Assembly (NCBI GenBank): GCA_951804945.1
Contig: OX638150.1
Location: forward strand, 35,836,001-35,900,000
DNA: 64,000 nt
Source: Podarcis cretensis
Lineage: Eukaryota
Reading direction: 5' to 3'
Below the pieces are notes generated by a model. It saw only the letters and a program-made list of their open reading frames with translations, ran no database searches and was not told the origin of the DNA. Below are positions 36,593 through 49,875 of this stretch, piece after piece. A program made the translations under genes and the position numbers. Numbering within the stretch: position 1 is the first letter of the stretch; each line of letters opens with the position of its first letter.

Positions 36593-37375
36593 AATCAAAC
36601 CCTTCGGGCAAAGGTACAGGAAGTTGGCAGGCACCAATGATCAGCAGCACCTGGAAAACCCTCTTGCAACAGGGATTCATGTCTTTATGGGCCCCCCACA
36701 TCATATATGATATCAGATACAAAGTAGGTAGGCACAGCTTGGGAATATTCTGCTGAAGTGTGAAGCTGTATATAAAAATAAATTTTAAAAGGCCGGAGAC
36801 GGGGTATTAGGATCAAGGCTGGCTTTTGCCAAATCAGTTCCTTGAAGCCTACTACAACTTGAGAAAGGAAGGCTTGTGGTACTAGCTGATGTCTGGATCT
36901 GAGAACTAGCATGTCAACATACCTAAGTTGTTCCTTATAAAAATGAAGCTTTCCGTTCAGCTCAACTCCTCACCTCCTGAATACCTATTTTATATGGAAA
37001 GGCAGTCTCTTAGCTGCTTATTAATCTGTATATGTATAGATACCCAGCACCTTTTCAATTAAACATATCTAAGTGCCATCCATTCACATGTTGGTTTCCG
37101 ATCTCATTGGCAAAACTAACCTTTGGCAAATACTGGAAAGAGCAATGTACCCTACTGCATGCAAGCTGTGGGAATGAAATTTGTTGTTGAGTCAGAACTG
37201 CGATCTATGCCAATTATTTTTACTTGAATAACATTTCCAAGAAGGACAAATTGCCTTCTCCAACTTCATAATGTTCTACTGAAAGGCCTCTTCACATAGA
37301 CAATGATTATAGGCTATTTATAGTATTGAGGTCCTCCTGGCTCTAATGGGAAAGGAGCAGCCACATTCTTCTGAC

Positions 37376-37471
37376 CTGCGCTGGTATGCGGTGATTTGCT
37401 GCTCAATGTGTTCTCTATAAGATTTTTCCGCATTCTTCTGCGTCACAGCCACCAACTGGATTAGCTCAGAC
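37376..37471 (-). CDS. EXOC7: EXOC7 exon (SELIQLVAVTQKNAEKSYREHIEQQITAYQR)
   Basis: 96 nt, tcttag|...|GTCAGA. Confidence 0.96.
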
Positions 37472-38019
37472 CTAAGAGGAAGAACAAGGACAAGCAGTGC
37501 TACATGAACAATGAGGTCACAAGGCATCAGTACTTTTCTGAGGATAGAGTTTCAAGTTTTTCAAAACAGCTGCTTAGTCCACCTGTAGTTTTAAGTTGAA
37601 ACAGGGCCCCACATATGTTGGCTAGCCTTGATAGCTAGCCAAAATGTGGGTTCATCACTGCCCCATGGGGGAAGGAGTTTTGACTGTGGCATCACATTGA
37701 GCTTCAGGAGATGCTCCAGACACACCAGAGGCTCAGCGCAACTATGGGGGTAAGTACTCACTCCTTCCTGAGCAAGCTTTGTGATTATAGCTGACATTCT
37801 GTGACTAATAAATGACTGGGAAGCAACAATCCGTCTCACTGTATTTCAAGCCTCAGCACAAGGACAGAAAGATTCCCCTCCTTCTTCCAAGCCTAGATCT
37901 GGGCATGGAGTCTCTCAGGTCATGCCCTGACTTTGGGAAGTCTTGGAAAGCACCAAGATAATGCACTGCTTCCTGAGCTTTTCTGAAGACAGTACAAGGT
38001 CTAAGGAATTCTTTATATA

Positions 38020-38180
38020 GGGAAACTTTTTAATGTGTGATGTTTTATTATGTTTTCATATATGTTGGAAGCCACCCAGAGTGGCTGGGGCAACCCAGTC
38101 AAATAGGCAGGGTACAAATAATACTATTATAATTATAATTATAATTATAATTATAATTATAATTTTATAATTATAATTAT
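38020..38180 (+). mobile_element. L2-type LINE 3' end with (AATTAT)n tail
   Basis: GGAAGCCACCCAGAGTGGCTGGGG motif shared with 54625-54980. Confidence 0.65.
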
Positions 38181-38970
38181 CCTCCTCCTCCAGGTTAGGG
38201 AGAAAAGTAAAGGCTCTGAGCAGGAAAAAAATATATAGTCACCAATGGCAAGCACATTAGAGAAGTCTTATCTTGAAAACCAATTAAACCCAGCATTGTA
38301 TCATTCATTTCCACCCAGCATTTCAATAATAGGCAGCTGTTGCTCAGGATCAAACCCCAAAACACTTCCCTCCCCCCCCCCCATTCTTCTGCAGAGCACT
38401 AGCAGCAAAGATGGGATACAGGATGGGATAGCATAGCCATAGACTGATGTTAAATTGCTAAGGTCCTTTCTCTGTGCTGTGTTTTATGGATAGGTTTGCC
38501 TGCAAGCTCTGGGTGCATGTGAAATGTTATTTATTTATATATTGCATCTCTATACTGCCCTTCCTTTCACAGGAGGCCAGGCCTGTGAAGTTACAGCTTT
38601 TAGTCAGGTCTTGGGGAAATGAGCAGAACCAGAAGTTAACAAGCCAGATTACGCATGCTTGTGCACTAGACTCTCAACAGACATACCTTAACCCTTTGTC
38701 CTCCAAACCCCGGGGATCAAAACAATCTAAGAGGTGGTGGTGCTGGGAGATGGAAAAGGAGCACTTGTCTGGGTGGTGGGAGTAGCCTCCATCAGTTGCA
38801 ATTTTAAGATGAAAGTGAAGCAATAGCAACAAGCGCTATTGGAGCGCATGGTAAGAGAAGCACTAGGGATGAAGAGCAGCTGTTGGGGATGTAGAACTAA
38901 TAGGTGTTGTTTTCACATTTAAAAAATGAAATATAAGGCTCTGAAGCTTAGGAACATTAGGCACTCTGGC

Positions 38971-39351
38971 AAAGGTAAAAAGGTAAAGGACCCCTGGATG
39001 GTTAAGTCCAGCCAAAGGTGACTATGGGGTGTGGTGCTCATCTCGCTTTTCAGGCCGAGTGAGATGGTGTTTGTCTGCAGAAAGCTTTCCAGGTCATGCA
39101 GCCAGTATGACTAAATCACTTCTGGTGCAACAGAGCACCATGATGGAAGCCAGAGAGCATGGAGATGCCGTTTACCTTCCCGCTGCAGTGGTACCTATTT
39201 ATCTACTTGCACTGGTATGCTTTCGAACTGCTAGGTTGGTAGGAGCTGGGACCGAACAATGGGAGCTAACCCCATCGCACGGATTCGAACTGTCAATCTC
39301 CCGATTGGCAAGCCCAAGAGGCTCAGTGATTTAGACCACAGTGCCATCCGC
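38971..39351 (-). mobile_element. Sauria-type SINE
   Basis: Body and tail shared with 43452 and 19967 copies. Confidence 0.85.
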
Positions 39352-39583
39352 TGTCATACTCTGACAAAGCTGATTGCTAGGCTAGTGGTTATGAAGATTT
39401 CACCACCATAATTACAAGGACAGACTAGCTGGAATTTTCTCTTTCCCTCTATAATGACTAGAATTCCTCACTTTGTCTGACCAAACATACTATGGTCCTC
39501 CCTGATGGCAGTGTGCTTTGTGCCACCTGTTGGTACACCATAATCTGGATAACTACCAACTTAATTGTATTATTGTATGCATA

Positions 39584-39953
39584 AAGGTAAAGGTAAAGGT
39601 ACCCCTGCCGTACGGGCCAGTCTTGACAGACTCTGGGGTTGTGCGCCCATCTCACTTAAGAGGCCAGGGGCCAGCGCTGTCCGGAGACACTTCCGGGTCA
39701 CGTGGCCAGTGTGACATCGCTGCTCTGGCCAGAGCCAGAGCCAGAGCCGCACACGGAAACGCCGTTTACCTTCCCGCTGGTAAGCGGTCCCTATTTATCT
39801 ACTTGCACCCGGAGGTGCTTTCGAACTGCTAGGTTGGCAGGCGCTGGGACCGAGCAGCGGGAGCGCACCCCGCCACAGGGATTCGAACCGCCGACCTTTC
39901 GATCGGCAAGCCCTAGGCGCTGAGGCTTTAACCCACAGCGCCACCTGCGTCCC
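39584..39953 (-). mobile_element. Young Sauria-type SINE with perfect 15-bp TSD
   Basis: ATTATTGTATGCATA at 39569-39583 and 39954-39968; CpG-rich body. Confidence 0.92.
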
Positions 39954-40438
39954 ATTATTGTATGCATAGTCAGGTAGAAATATTTAGATATATAAATGCT
40001 TGAGTACTGAGTAGTGGACAAGATCATCTGCAGGAATGTAAAACTGCAAAGGGCTTACATTAATTGTTATTTGTCCGAGTAGCTGCTCTTGAGTCATGCA
40101 AAGCAACCAGCAGTAAATTATTTCTTGGATTTATTAGGAAGTGCTCTCCAAGAACAAGAGCCTTTCGGCTGACAAGATAAAAGAGTCTGATGCAATCACA
40201 GCCCTTTTGGCTGCTTTTATTTTCCATTCCTTTGTGTAAGATATTGCTTACAGTAGGAATGACAGACATCAAAGGGCTCTTTCTGAAGGGGAGCAAAGCA
40301 TGAGTGAAGCAGAAAAACTGGAGTACAAAATGTGCTCTGCCAGAGAGTTAACAAAAGAACCTCATAAGCACAAATTCAATTATAGTGGCAGAAATTCCAG
40401 TCTTCCACCACGTACATAAACAATATCCAAGTACTTAC

Positions 40439-40556
40439 TTTTCAAGGGACTTCAGGATGTAATTGTAGTTGTTAAGCAGGAAGATGGCACTTAAAGATTC
40501 CTCATAAACCTTGGATTTACTGAGAAGGTTTAGTTGCAAGTTGCCCAGCACTTTGC
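40439..40556 (-). CDS. EXOC7: EXOC7 exon (CKVLGNLQLNLLSKSKVYEESLSAIFLLNNYNYILKSLEK)
   Basis: 118 nt, gttaag|...|GTAAGT. Confidence 0.96.
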
Positions 40557-41401
40557 CTTAACAGAAAGGATGCATGAGTAGGAGACAAGAAGATCACTGT
40601 AAAGTTCTTAAGTAGATTACCTATGCCACTTAGCTGGCTGGCTAAATTCTAACCAATCTATATAACACAAAGTCTCAGTGAAGATGCTTCTTTGAAGATC
40701 CTGGCATCTAGTGTGAGATAACCAACACTGGGGCCACTTGCAGATGAAGTATATATTTAGCAGTCATCCTAATCCTTTTTTAAAAATATATATACAAAAT
40801 TTGCACACAGTTTATAGGATGTTTATTATTCTGAACTATCCACTGCCATCATTCTCATCATTTTTCTTATGGAAAAAAAGTCCAAGATTTGTTTGTTTTT
40901 AAATCATATTTGTTGTGCAAGATTGCAGCAGTGCCCTTGCTATTTATCACAATGTACCCACTTGCTTTGCAATGTGTTATAAAGGTGCACTCTTAATACA
41001 CCAACGACATATACTGGAACCTACATAAACCCATAAGATATCTACAGAAAGGTGCAACAGTTTGAATGCAGCCTTAATTAACAAAAAACATCACACATTT
41101 TAAAAATGCCATCTTTTATATTTTATTTTCCTTGAAACAGGGAACTAATCTACATTTCATATATTGCTTACTGTTTTGGCAGGAGCAGCAATTGCAGCCC
41201 AGCATGGCTGCAGGTAAACGGGGATGGGGGTGGAGTGGGGAATCCTTTCTGTACAACTGGTTGGCATCAGTCTCAGCCTCAGCTGAATGTAGGGACTGCC
41301 GGGACTCAGCACCATGTTTTAAATTCAAATGGGCCAATCATAGCCATAGTTTGGGGGCTGTGAGAAGGAAGAAGGTAGCAAAGTGGTGAAGAGTTACTTA
41401 C

Positions 41402-41467
41402 AGATGTAGGTGCTGAGCAGCCGTCTACTGAATTCAGAACTGTAGCTACTGGCTGAAGAGCTGGTCT
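41402..41467 (-). CDS. EXOC7: EXOC7 exon (ETSSSASSYSSEFSRRLLSTYI)
   Basis: 66 nt, tttcag|...|GTAAGT. Confidence 0.96.
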
Positions 41468-42931
41468 CTGAAAGGCAGCAAACATTAAATCAATTATTAT
41501 ATTTCTTTATATGGCTACTTTGTCTCCTACACAAGCAACATTCTACTTCTATAAATTCAGCTAAAACTTTAATCTTGGGTGTACTATGAGATGGAAACAG
41601 CAGCTTTGCTTCAACTCTAGACTAGATCAGTTTCACTCTAACCTAGTACCCTCCAGATGGTTTTGGACTACAAATCCCAAAACCCCTAGCCATGCTGACT
41701 GGGGATGCTAGTCCAAAACATCCGTAGGGCACAAGGCTGGGAAGGCTGGTCTAAATTTACCCCTGCTCATTTTATGCAATGGAAAATAGAGCTACATTCA
41801 GTCCGAACCTTTGTCACCTTAGGCTTATACAACCTTATGAATTACTTTACCATAATCTTATTAAGTTCAGATATAGTGAAGGCCGTTACAGAGAAAAGAT
41901 ACTGGTTATAAACATTCCCAACCCCCAACCCCCCCGAAAATCTGTTTGTCTCAGATATTCTCTTTAGGATAAAAACAAAACATTGTTTTGGTAAACCACA
42001 AAAACTGTGCTAACATTTCATATTAATGCAAGCAATTGTTTGACTTCAGCAAGATTCGGGTGACACTTTATAGGTTAGAAGGAAACAGCCAAGCTTTCTG
42101 TTATATAAACAAGGCAGGTTATCAAAAGGTTTCGCTTGTATGAACGCAAACATGATTTTCATTGGAACCTTAGCAGTGTATATTCTGTGGGATTGTTGTG
42201 AATATGACCAACTTACTTTTAAGCAGTGCCGTAATTGTTTCTGAAACTGTGTTAAGTTTGATGAGAAGCCGTCAGCTGGCTCAACTTTATTTGAAGTGTA
42301 TGTGAACTTTTCATACTGGCAGAGCCAATTGATACCGAAACCACATATGACTTCTTGGTGATGTTCCAAGGCCAACAGAAGAAGGGGACAAGAGTTTTGC
42401 CAATGGTGGGTCTAGGGCTGAGCCTGTTTCACTGCACTCGTCCAAGTCTTTGGCCTGCAAGCAACTCCCGGGCTTTGTACTTATTAGCTGGCTTATAGGC
42501 AGGTGCTAGTGATGTGGCCTACAAGGGCTCATTCTATGTAGAACATGTTCTTCCAGCTGAAGTGACTCACCTGATATTGCCTAACATCTTATGCTGCTAT
42601 TTCTCAAGGGAGAAGTTGGCAACAGGTGAAGTGCCCCTTCACAGGCCCTGTTTGCTTATTGTTGCACGAGGGCAGGTACACTGTGTGTTACCTGCTCCTG
42701 GGGGAGGGATACAGGCACCTTTCCTCCAAGAGGCTTACCTTGAGCATGCCTGGATTTTACCTTCACTTCATGTTGATTCCCCCAGAGAGCATGGCAGCAG
42801 CAGGACCAGGAGAGGAATCTAGTGGCTACAACCTCCTCTCCTCTCTGGGAAGCTACATGTTCACACTAAGCCATGATTTGGGTTACTGCTATGTGGAAAC
42901 TGAGCCTGTGTGTTGTATGCAAATATATATA

Positions 42932-43148
42932 CAGTGGTACCTCGGGTTACATACGCTTCAGGTTACAGACTCCGCTAACCCAGAAATAGCACCTCGGGTT
43001 AAGAACTTTGCTTCAGGATGAGAACAGAAATCGTGCTCCGGCGGCAGCAGGAGTCCCCATTAGCTAAAGTGGTGCTTCAGGTTAAGAACAGTTTCAGGTT
43101 AAGAACAGACTCCGGAACGAATTAAGTACTTAACTCGAGGTACCACTG
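42932..43148 (+). mobile_element. Tc1/mariner (Tigger-like) MITE
   Basis: TA TSD, CAGTGGTACCTCG TIRs. Confidence 0.88.
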
Positions 43149-43451
43149 TAACAAAGTCTTAATTGTCAGTTCAAAAATAGCTTGAAGGAGGTTATTGAAG
43201 AGAGAAATACAGGAAGGGTAATTAACCCTTTCCGCGGTCACCATTCTCCCATTGCTACTTTCCCCTGCCTAGCTGCTCCCTTTTCCCATCTCATGTTGTC
43301 CCAGCTGTGTGTTTGCAAAGGAAGGTGCGTAATGAGAAGTGAAACAATGGGGGGGGGGTGTCATTCAGTTTGGAGTAAAATGGGCTTTCCAGCTTCAAAT
43401 CCCAGTCTCCTGGAGTTATTGTCTTAAGAAAAAACAGCTGTTGGGGCAGGA

Positions 43452-43830
43452 AAAAGGTAAAGGTAAAGGACCCCTGGATGGTTAAGTCCAGTCAAAGGCA
43501 ACTATGGGGTTGCAGTGTTCATCTCGCTTTCAGGCTGTGGGAGCCAGCGTTTGTCCACAGACAGCTTTTCAGGTCATGTGGCCAGCACGACTAAACCACT
43601 TCTGGCACAACAGAACACCATGACATAAACCAGAGCGCACAGAAATGTTTTTTTACCTTCCTGCCACAGTGGTACCTATTTATCTACTTGCACTGGCATG
43701 CTTTCGAACTGCTTGGTTGACAGGAGCTGGGACAGAGCAACAGCAGCTCACTCCGTTGCAGGAATTTGAACCTCCCAATTGGCAAGCCCAAGAGGCTCAG
43801 TGGTTTAGACCACAGCACCACCCGCATCCC
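43452..43830 (-). mobile_element. Sauria-type SINE
   Basis: Flanking duplication AGCTGTTGGGGCA (43436-43448 / 43835-43847). Confidence 0.88.
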
Positions 43831-44198
43831 TACTAGCTGTTGGGGCATCAGTGTGTATGTGTGCTTTCATAGCTTGCCTATTAGAGTTATAGACACACTC
43901 CTCAGATCAAAAGTGAGTGGTCTGTTACCACCGTCAAGAACCACAGAGAGCTATTTACCGCTTTACAGACATTGAGCCTCCTTGAAAATGAGCTGCTGCA
44001 TCCACATACAAGTTATAAGCTTTTTGGGGGTGGGGTGGAGAACCACCTCTGCATTCTAACATTTTCTGATAAATGAAACAAGACATGTTTTTTATCGGGT
44101 ACAATTAAAGACAAGCAGAAATATGTAACCAGGTGCAAAAAAAAGAGAGGTAGTATTATGTATGCATGTGGGTAGTACAAGTACCACCTGCTGCTTAC

Positions 44199-44237
44199 CT
44201 CTGGGATCTAAAGGAATATTGTATGTGTCCCCAAGAA
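44199..44237 (-). CDS. EXOC7: EXOC7 39-nt alternative cassette exon (VLGDTYNIPLDPR)
   Basis: ttttatag|...|GTAAGC, phase 1-1, long pyrimidine tract; peptide recalled from vertebrate Exo70 isoforms. Confidence 0.88.
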
Positions 44238-46950
44238 CTATAAAATTTAAGGCAGAGTAGAGATAAAAAGGATAGGAAGAAAAAAAGAGAAAGGAAGAAA
44301 TGCAAAGTGCAAAAAGACACGTTAGAGACAACCATACTTTCAAGAACCAAGCAGAAGATACCAACACAGAGCATTACATGGGTTCAGCAGGCAGGAGCCA
44401 CTCCTTTTTAGAGCATGGATGTGACAGGAAACGGAGGAAACCTCTGTTTCTAGTAGGCGGCTTATATGCCATTCCTTCTAAGGAGGCCACTTATAGCCAA
44501 GGCTGCTTATACTCAGTGCACCATGCAGAAGGGCTTCTGACTTCCCAAAAAATCTCAGCTTCCATTGAAAACAGGGGTTTCCAGCCTTGATGGGCATAGA
44601 TTTTTCAAAAACTGCAATCACAATAATGTGAAAACAGCAGCTGTAGACTCAAAAAGGAAGGAAGGAAGGCCTCTGTTGGGTTTTAGTGGGCACAGATAGT
44701 GGCTTCTGCTTCCTTTCCCTACACAATTCCAAGGTTATCTAGTGTGCTTCATGGCTCAGCAGGGATTTGAACCTACATCTCCCTGGTCTCATTTCAGTCT
44801 CACTGTTTCAGAAGGGCTTGCTCTCAAACAAGCACGCATAGGCTTGCAACCTAGATTCACTACATGTGAAGAATGTCACAACTTGCATACTAATAAAAGG
44901 TTAATTGAAAATCGCACTCTGTGGGGAAAATGCTAATCATTTGCGGAAGGGGTTGTTATCTATCATCTTATTTGGGTGCAATAAAAAAGCATGTCTTATT
45001 GTTGCAGGAATGAGCTGCAGCAAGCCTCTGGGTTGTGTGCTCCTCCTCATGCCTGGCATAGCTAGGAAGAAGAGTTTAGAAGTTTACTTCCATTTCAAAC
45101 TAATTGCAGACAAACAGTGATTAGCTTTAACTTTGATTAGCTGAAACAAGCCAACTTCAGATCATAATTTATGAAGCTGGTTTGTTTTAACTAACCATTG
45201 TTAAGATAATCTACAGCTTAGGGTTTGAATACAATACTAGACTGTGATTAATTGAAATTGGCACAGAAAGCTCCCAGTCTTCTAGTTGTGACTGCGCCAG
45301 AGGAGGAAAGCCGTAAGTGCATGAACCAAAGGCTCATGCAAGTAATAATAAGCCACTGTTTATAATTATGCCTGAACCTGCCATTATAGTGCAGCTCTTG
45401 TCCCCTAACTCCTGTTCTCTGATGAGAGAAGCTGAATAACTGTAATTAGATCCATAAGGGTGTTTTTTTTGCCGGGGGTGTGCACATAATGGTTTCCCTG
45501 CAAATCATTTATCTGCCCCTTTCCCTTACCTGACAGGATACAAACACAAGATAAATATGCATTCTGAATCCTGAAGAGGTGGCCCAAAGAAGCAACTACT
45601 TGAGATCACAGGCACCCACTCATGAAACTGTTTAAACTTCCTTGAAAAATGAAGGTCACTGTGGCTCTTTTACATAGATTTGTGCCGTCAAGGTTAGCCT
45701 TTGACTGGGTCTCAAATTAGCAACAAAATCCCCAGCTCTTTATCTACTACATTTTGCTTTACAAGAATGACAATATAAGCAATCAGACCCTGCAAAAGAA
45801 ATCTTGCAATTAAGCCCCAAACCTAATAATTGGCCAGGTTAGCAGAGACACATTCTGCTAACCATTAGGACTTTTAAAAACTCCTTTATATGTCCAAAGC
45901 TGTTTACTGCTTCGGGAGCTGCTATAATCTCAGTCACTGTTATGATTTCCTGATCAAAAGACACAAAAAGGAATTGCAGCTATCTCTACTGGTAATAAAC
46001 TGCCACTCCTTTGGCCCATGAAAGAGTTGGCTCCACAACTGTCTTTGCCCATTACCAATTTAAGCGGGCAAAGGAGCACGCGGAAGGGATTTTGGTGAGT
46101 CAGCCACAGAAATGGATCCTGTTTTGAGTATTATACAGGCACCTGTTAAAGGACAGATGATGGACAGCACATGCAAGGTGCAGTTTGCTTAGTTAAACCT
46201 CCTTAGCACGGACCTGACTGGACAAACTGGTGTCCCCTTTAAACGTTATAATCTTTAAAATGGCCTCACCTCTTTTTCAAACAAAAACAACCATTTTTTA
46301 TAGTGATACACCACTGCATAACCTATATATGCCTAGGAACATAAAGATTGCATAATGCTGAGGCAAAAACATATCTTGCTAAATTATTGTCAACTACAGT
46401 TTTATATACCCTGGGTTTCAGATGTGACATCTTAAGTACACATATTAAAAACCAGGGTCTTAGCTTCTCATTCTGCCAAAAGCAACAACTCTCTGAATTT
46501 CAAAAGTTTACACTGTCTTCCACCAACAGAAACTGACCCAGAAACATATGACTATTCCATATTACTGTATTATGACCTAGCCACAAAACCAGTTAACAAC
46601 TTGTTCATGTGGCGATAACAATATTCCAACATGATTCTCACTGAAAGCTACCTATTTTAGGAGATGAAAGGCTATCTCAAAATTCACTCTTCAAGGATTA
46701 TAGAACTAGCAGCAGACTAGCAAACTAATGTGAAAAACCAGAGGCATCTCTCTTAGAATCTCTTATAACTACTTAGATGGCTGCAGGTTGTTTTTGTTTT
46801 TTTGCTGTGCCAGATAAAGCTAGACAGGCGATGAGGTGAGGCGTAAACTGTACCCTTGTTAAGGAGGTTTTACTGCAAGGCAAGCAAAGGAAATGACTTT
46901 ATTAGTGCAAGGAAGTTTTTTCTTGTATCCAGGGAGCTGTGTGTGAGTAC

Positions 46951-47017
46951 CTTGGGATGCTAGCATGGCACCTGCAGTTTCCTGAAAATCCAGCAACTGC
47001 TGCAGGAAGAGAATGGC
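46951..47017 (-). CDS. EXOC7: EXOC7 exon (AILFLQQLLDFQETAGAMLASQ)
   Basis: 67 nt, ttacag|...|GTACTC. Confidence 0.96.
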
Positions 47018-47812
47018 CTGTAAAAAGAAGGAATACGTGTGTTTTTTTAATAATCAATTAGTTATTCTCCACTTTGTGAAGAAAAAGAAACAGGAAGGCA
47101 TTCTTATGAAAACTATAATTATCTATAATTATACCTACAATTATCCTGGAAGAATGCATAATCTATGGTAATTAATTTCAGAGATCATGGAGGTTGCAAG
47201 CAAAGGGAGAGGGAGGTCATTGCTTGAAGATGAGACCTGGTGGTAATAGGTGAGATTTGTGGCTGACACTGGCCACTCATAGGATGCATCAGCCAGCCCA
47301 GAGATCTCAAAGACATTTTATTTTTGAAGCTGGAATCTGGAGTCTGAAGCACAGCAAGCAGAAGGCACTCCTCTGATGAGCTGGCAAGGGCAGAATGTAA
47401 GGCATCTACTATTTATACCAGGTCACCCAATTGCGAGGCTCCAAATTGCCTGCCAGACTGTAATGCACACCCTTTCTGTGCCTGAAAAGTGCTCCAAGGT
47501 TTGAGCACACATTATCTCAGGAAGATCATGACAAAGAAGTCAGTGGGCAGGGGCTCCGAGCTTTTGTAGATGTCAGGGGAAGGTCTGAAGGATGCCACTG
47601 CAGCTATGGGCATCACACAGATGAGCTCGGCCTAATATCAATCAATTTCCTTTAACCCCAGACACTGTCAGTTATGGAAGCCCAGGTTTAAAACATGCCA
47701 TTTCTCCTGGTTCAACAAGAATATTACCCTTATGCAACAAAGAAAAACAGAAAACAAGGATGAAGTCATGGAGCTGGTTTTACCAAGGGACATTCTGAAT
47801 TGCTTCACATAC

Positions 47813-47875
47813 ATTGCTGGTGAGTTCATGAACTGTCCCATCTTTTGGCATGTTGTACTCCTTGTCTGGATTGTT
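47813..47875 (-). CDS. EXOC7: EXOC7 exon (NNPDKEYNMPKDGTVHELTSN)
   Basis: 63 nt; Exo70 PKDGTVHELT motif. Confidence 0.97.
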
Positions 47876-48396
47876 CTAGGGAGGAAAAAAACCCAAAGAA
47901 TATTTGATAAGATGGATAAAAATGTGCACTCCATAGAACTACCCCATTCTTGTTATTATGCAGTTATATTTCCTGAACCACCTAACTACTTCTACAGCCC
48001 TACGGGTCAAGGGCACCATCTACTGGTCACTGTAAAAAAGATGCGTGGACAAAAATAGATTTTAAGCAGATGCCACTGTCATTCTATTTGATCCCTCCAT
48101 AACCACTTCTCTCTCCCTCTCTCTGCTAAAAGATCTGTGAACATTTACAAAACTTTATGTGGACTCCCCTCATTTGATTGTCAATGCTGCCTGTTAAAGA
48201 GACTACATCAAAATCAAGTTAGTTATAAATGCACATTTTAAATTCCAGGAAGGGAAGTTGCTTTCCCCCCTCTCCTCCCATTATAACTTCCAAGATTTTA
48301 CAGTACACCTAAACATAATTAATGGAACATTAAGCATGGATCTCCTGCACTACTGTGGATTACTAAATAGATAAACAGCAGAAAGGCAGCCATTAC

Positions 48397-48495
48397 CTTG
48401 ATGTTGTCTGCGAAATCTTCCAGAGCCTTGGCTCCTGTGGTTTCCATTGAGGTTATGAGGCTGGGCAGTTTGTTCTTAGTGCTGGCTGCAGTGCC
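48397..48495 (-). CDS. EXOC7: EXOC7 exon (GTAASTKNKLPSLITSMETTGAKALEDFADNIK)
   Basis: 99 nt, tttcag|...|GTAATG. Confidence 0.97.
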
Positions 48496-48701
48496 CTGAA
48501 ATATCCAGCACAGCACATGAGACAACTCCAAGTGTAAGAGTGTGTGTGTGTGTGTGTGTGGCAGCTACTATCATCTACTGAACACAGAGTGTATCACTCA
48601 CAATTCTGCTGATGCTAAGAAAACAATCACAAGCTTTGTTAGCAGCAGGTAAAACTCAAGCTTCCCTGCGGAACACACTGCCAGGCCTTGTGTGCGTTCA
48701 T

Positions 48702-48892
48702 CAGAACATAGGAATCTGCCTTCTACCAAGTCAGACTGTTGGCCAATCTAGTTCAGGATAGTCTGCACTGATTGGCATCCGCTCTCCAGGGTTTCAGGCA
48801 GGAGTCTTTCCCTACCATACCTGTAGAGGCTAGGGATTGAACCTGGGCCCTTCTGCCTGCAAAGGAGATGCTCTACTGCAGAGTTATGGCTC
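48702..48892 (-). mobile_element. tRNA-derived SINE with CR1-like tail (Squam2-like)
   Basis: Minus strand reads GCCATAACTCTGCAGTAGAGCAT...CCAGGTTCAATCCC head and TTCCTATGTTCT tail. Confidence 0.6.
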
Positions 48893-49616
48893 TTCCAGCT
48901 CTTGAAAGAGGGAACAAGCCTGCTAGTCTTAAATGGACATTTGTGCTTCAGTCCCAGCTACTTCTCTTTCACTTGGTTTCTAGAAATTTTATATGCTTAT
49001 TATTTTTATTTATAACCATTCTTCATCTAGCCAGACCCCAGAAGGGTTTACAACACACATTCCCATAAAACATGTAAAATACAATGAAATTTCTAAAAGC
49101 ATTGTTAAAAGCAATACACACAGCAGAAAACCTAATTAACTCCACAAAAGTCTGTCTATGTGGCCCACACTTCTGACTATCTCTCAAATGCATGAATGAA
49201 TAAAACTCCTTAAGCTGGCATCAGAACGTCACCAATGAGGGGGACAGTTGAGTTTCACAGTCAGGAGGAACTACAGCAGATAGGGCCCTGTTTTGTGCCG
49301 TTACTGAATGTACCTCATTCACAGGTGGAACCACATGCAGGGCCTCTTCCCTCTGATCACACAGCATGGGCTACCATAAATTGGGAGATGTGTTCCTTTA
49401 AATATTTGGGTCCTGGGCTGCATACAGGCAGCTAGTGCAACTCCCAAAGGAGAAGAGACATCTGTGTTGTGAATTGGCCTTCACCCTACCAGTTCTCAAC
49501 TGTTACAAAATCCTGTCTGGAGTCCTGATCCAGCTATGAATAACTGGATCCTGCATCCCAATTGTACATGACCTTGCTTTGCAATACTGTAGTGAGTTTT
49601 ACTGATAGGCAGTTAC

Positions 49617-49769
49617 CTGCAAAACCTGATCAAATTCTGGCTTCGTCTGCTTCAAGTGCCTTAGGATGGGGAAGATAGTCAGCACAGCTGAGTAATCATG
49701 ACGTATGATGGCCTTTCGGGCTGCAGAGACAATGTTGTCCCCCTCTATCATCAGGTTGTCTAAAGACTC
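49617..49769 (-). CDS. EXOC7: EXOC7 exon (ESLDNLMIEGDNIVSAARK...EFDQVLQ)
   Basis: 153 nt, ctgtag|...|GTAACT. Confidence 0.96.
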
Positions 49770-49875
49770 CTACAGCAAAACAAATCCTGGGTGAATTACA
49801 GAAATAGGCTTTTTCCACAAAAGGAAATGGGCTTTTTCCGCAAAAGGAAGGAACCATGTTAAGTTTCAAGAAGAC

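Noticed and set aside
38126-38180. Self-complementary (AATTAT)n run
   Set aside because: Explained as the expanded tail of an L2-type LINE 3' end
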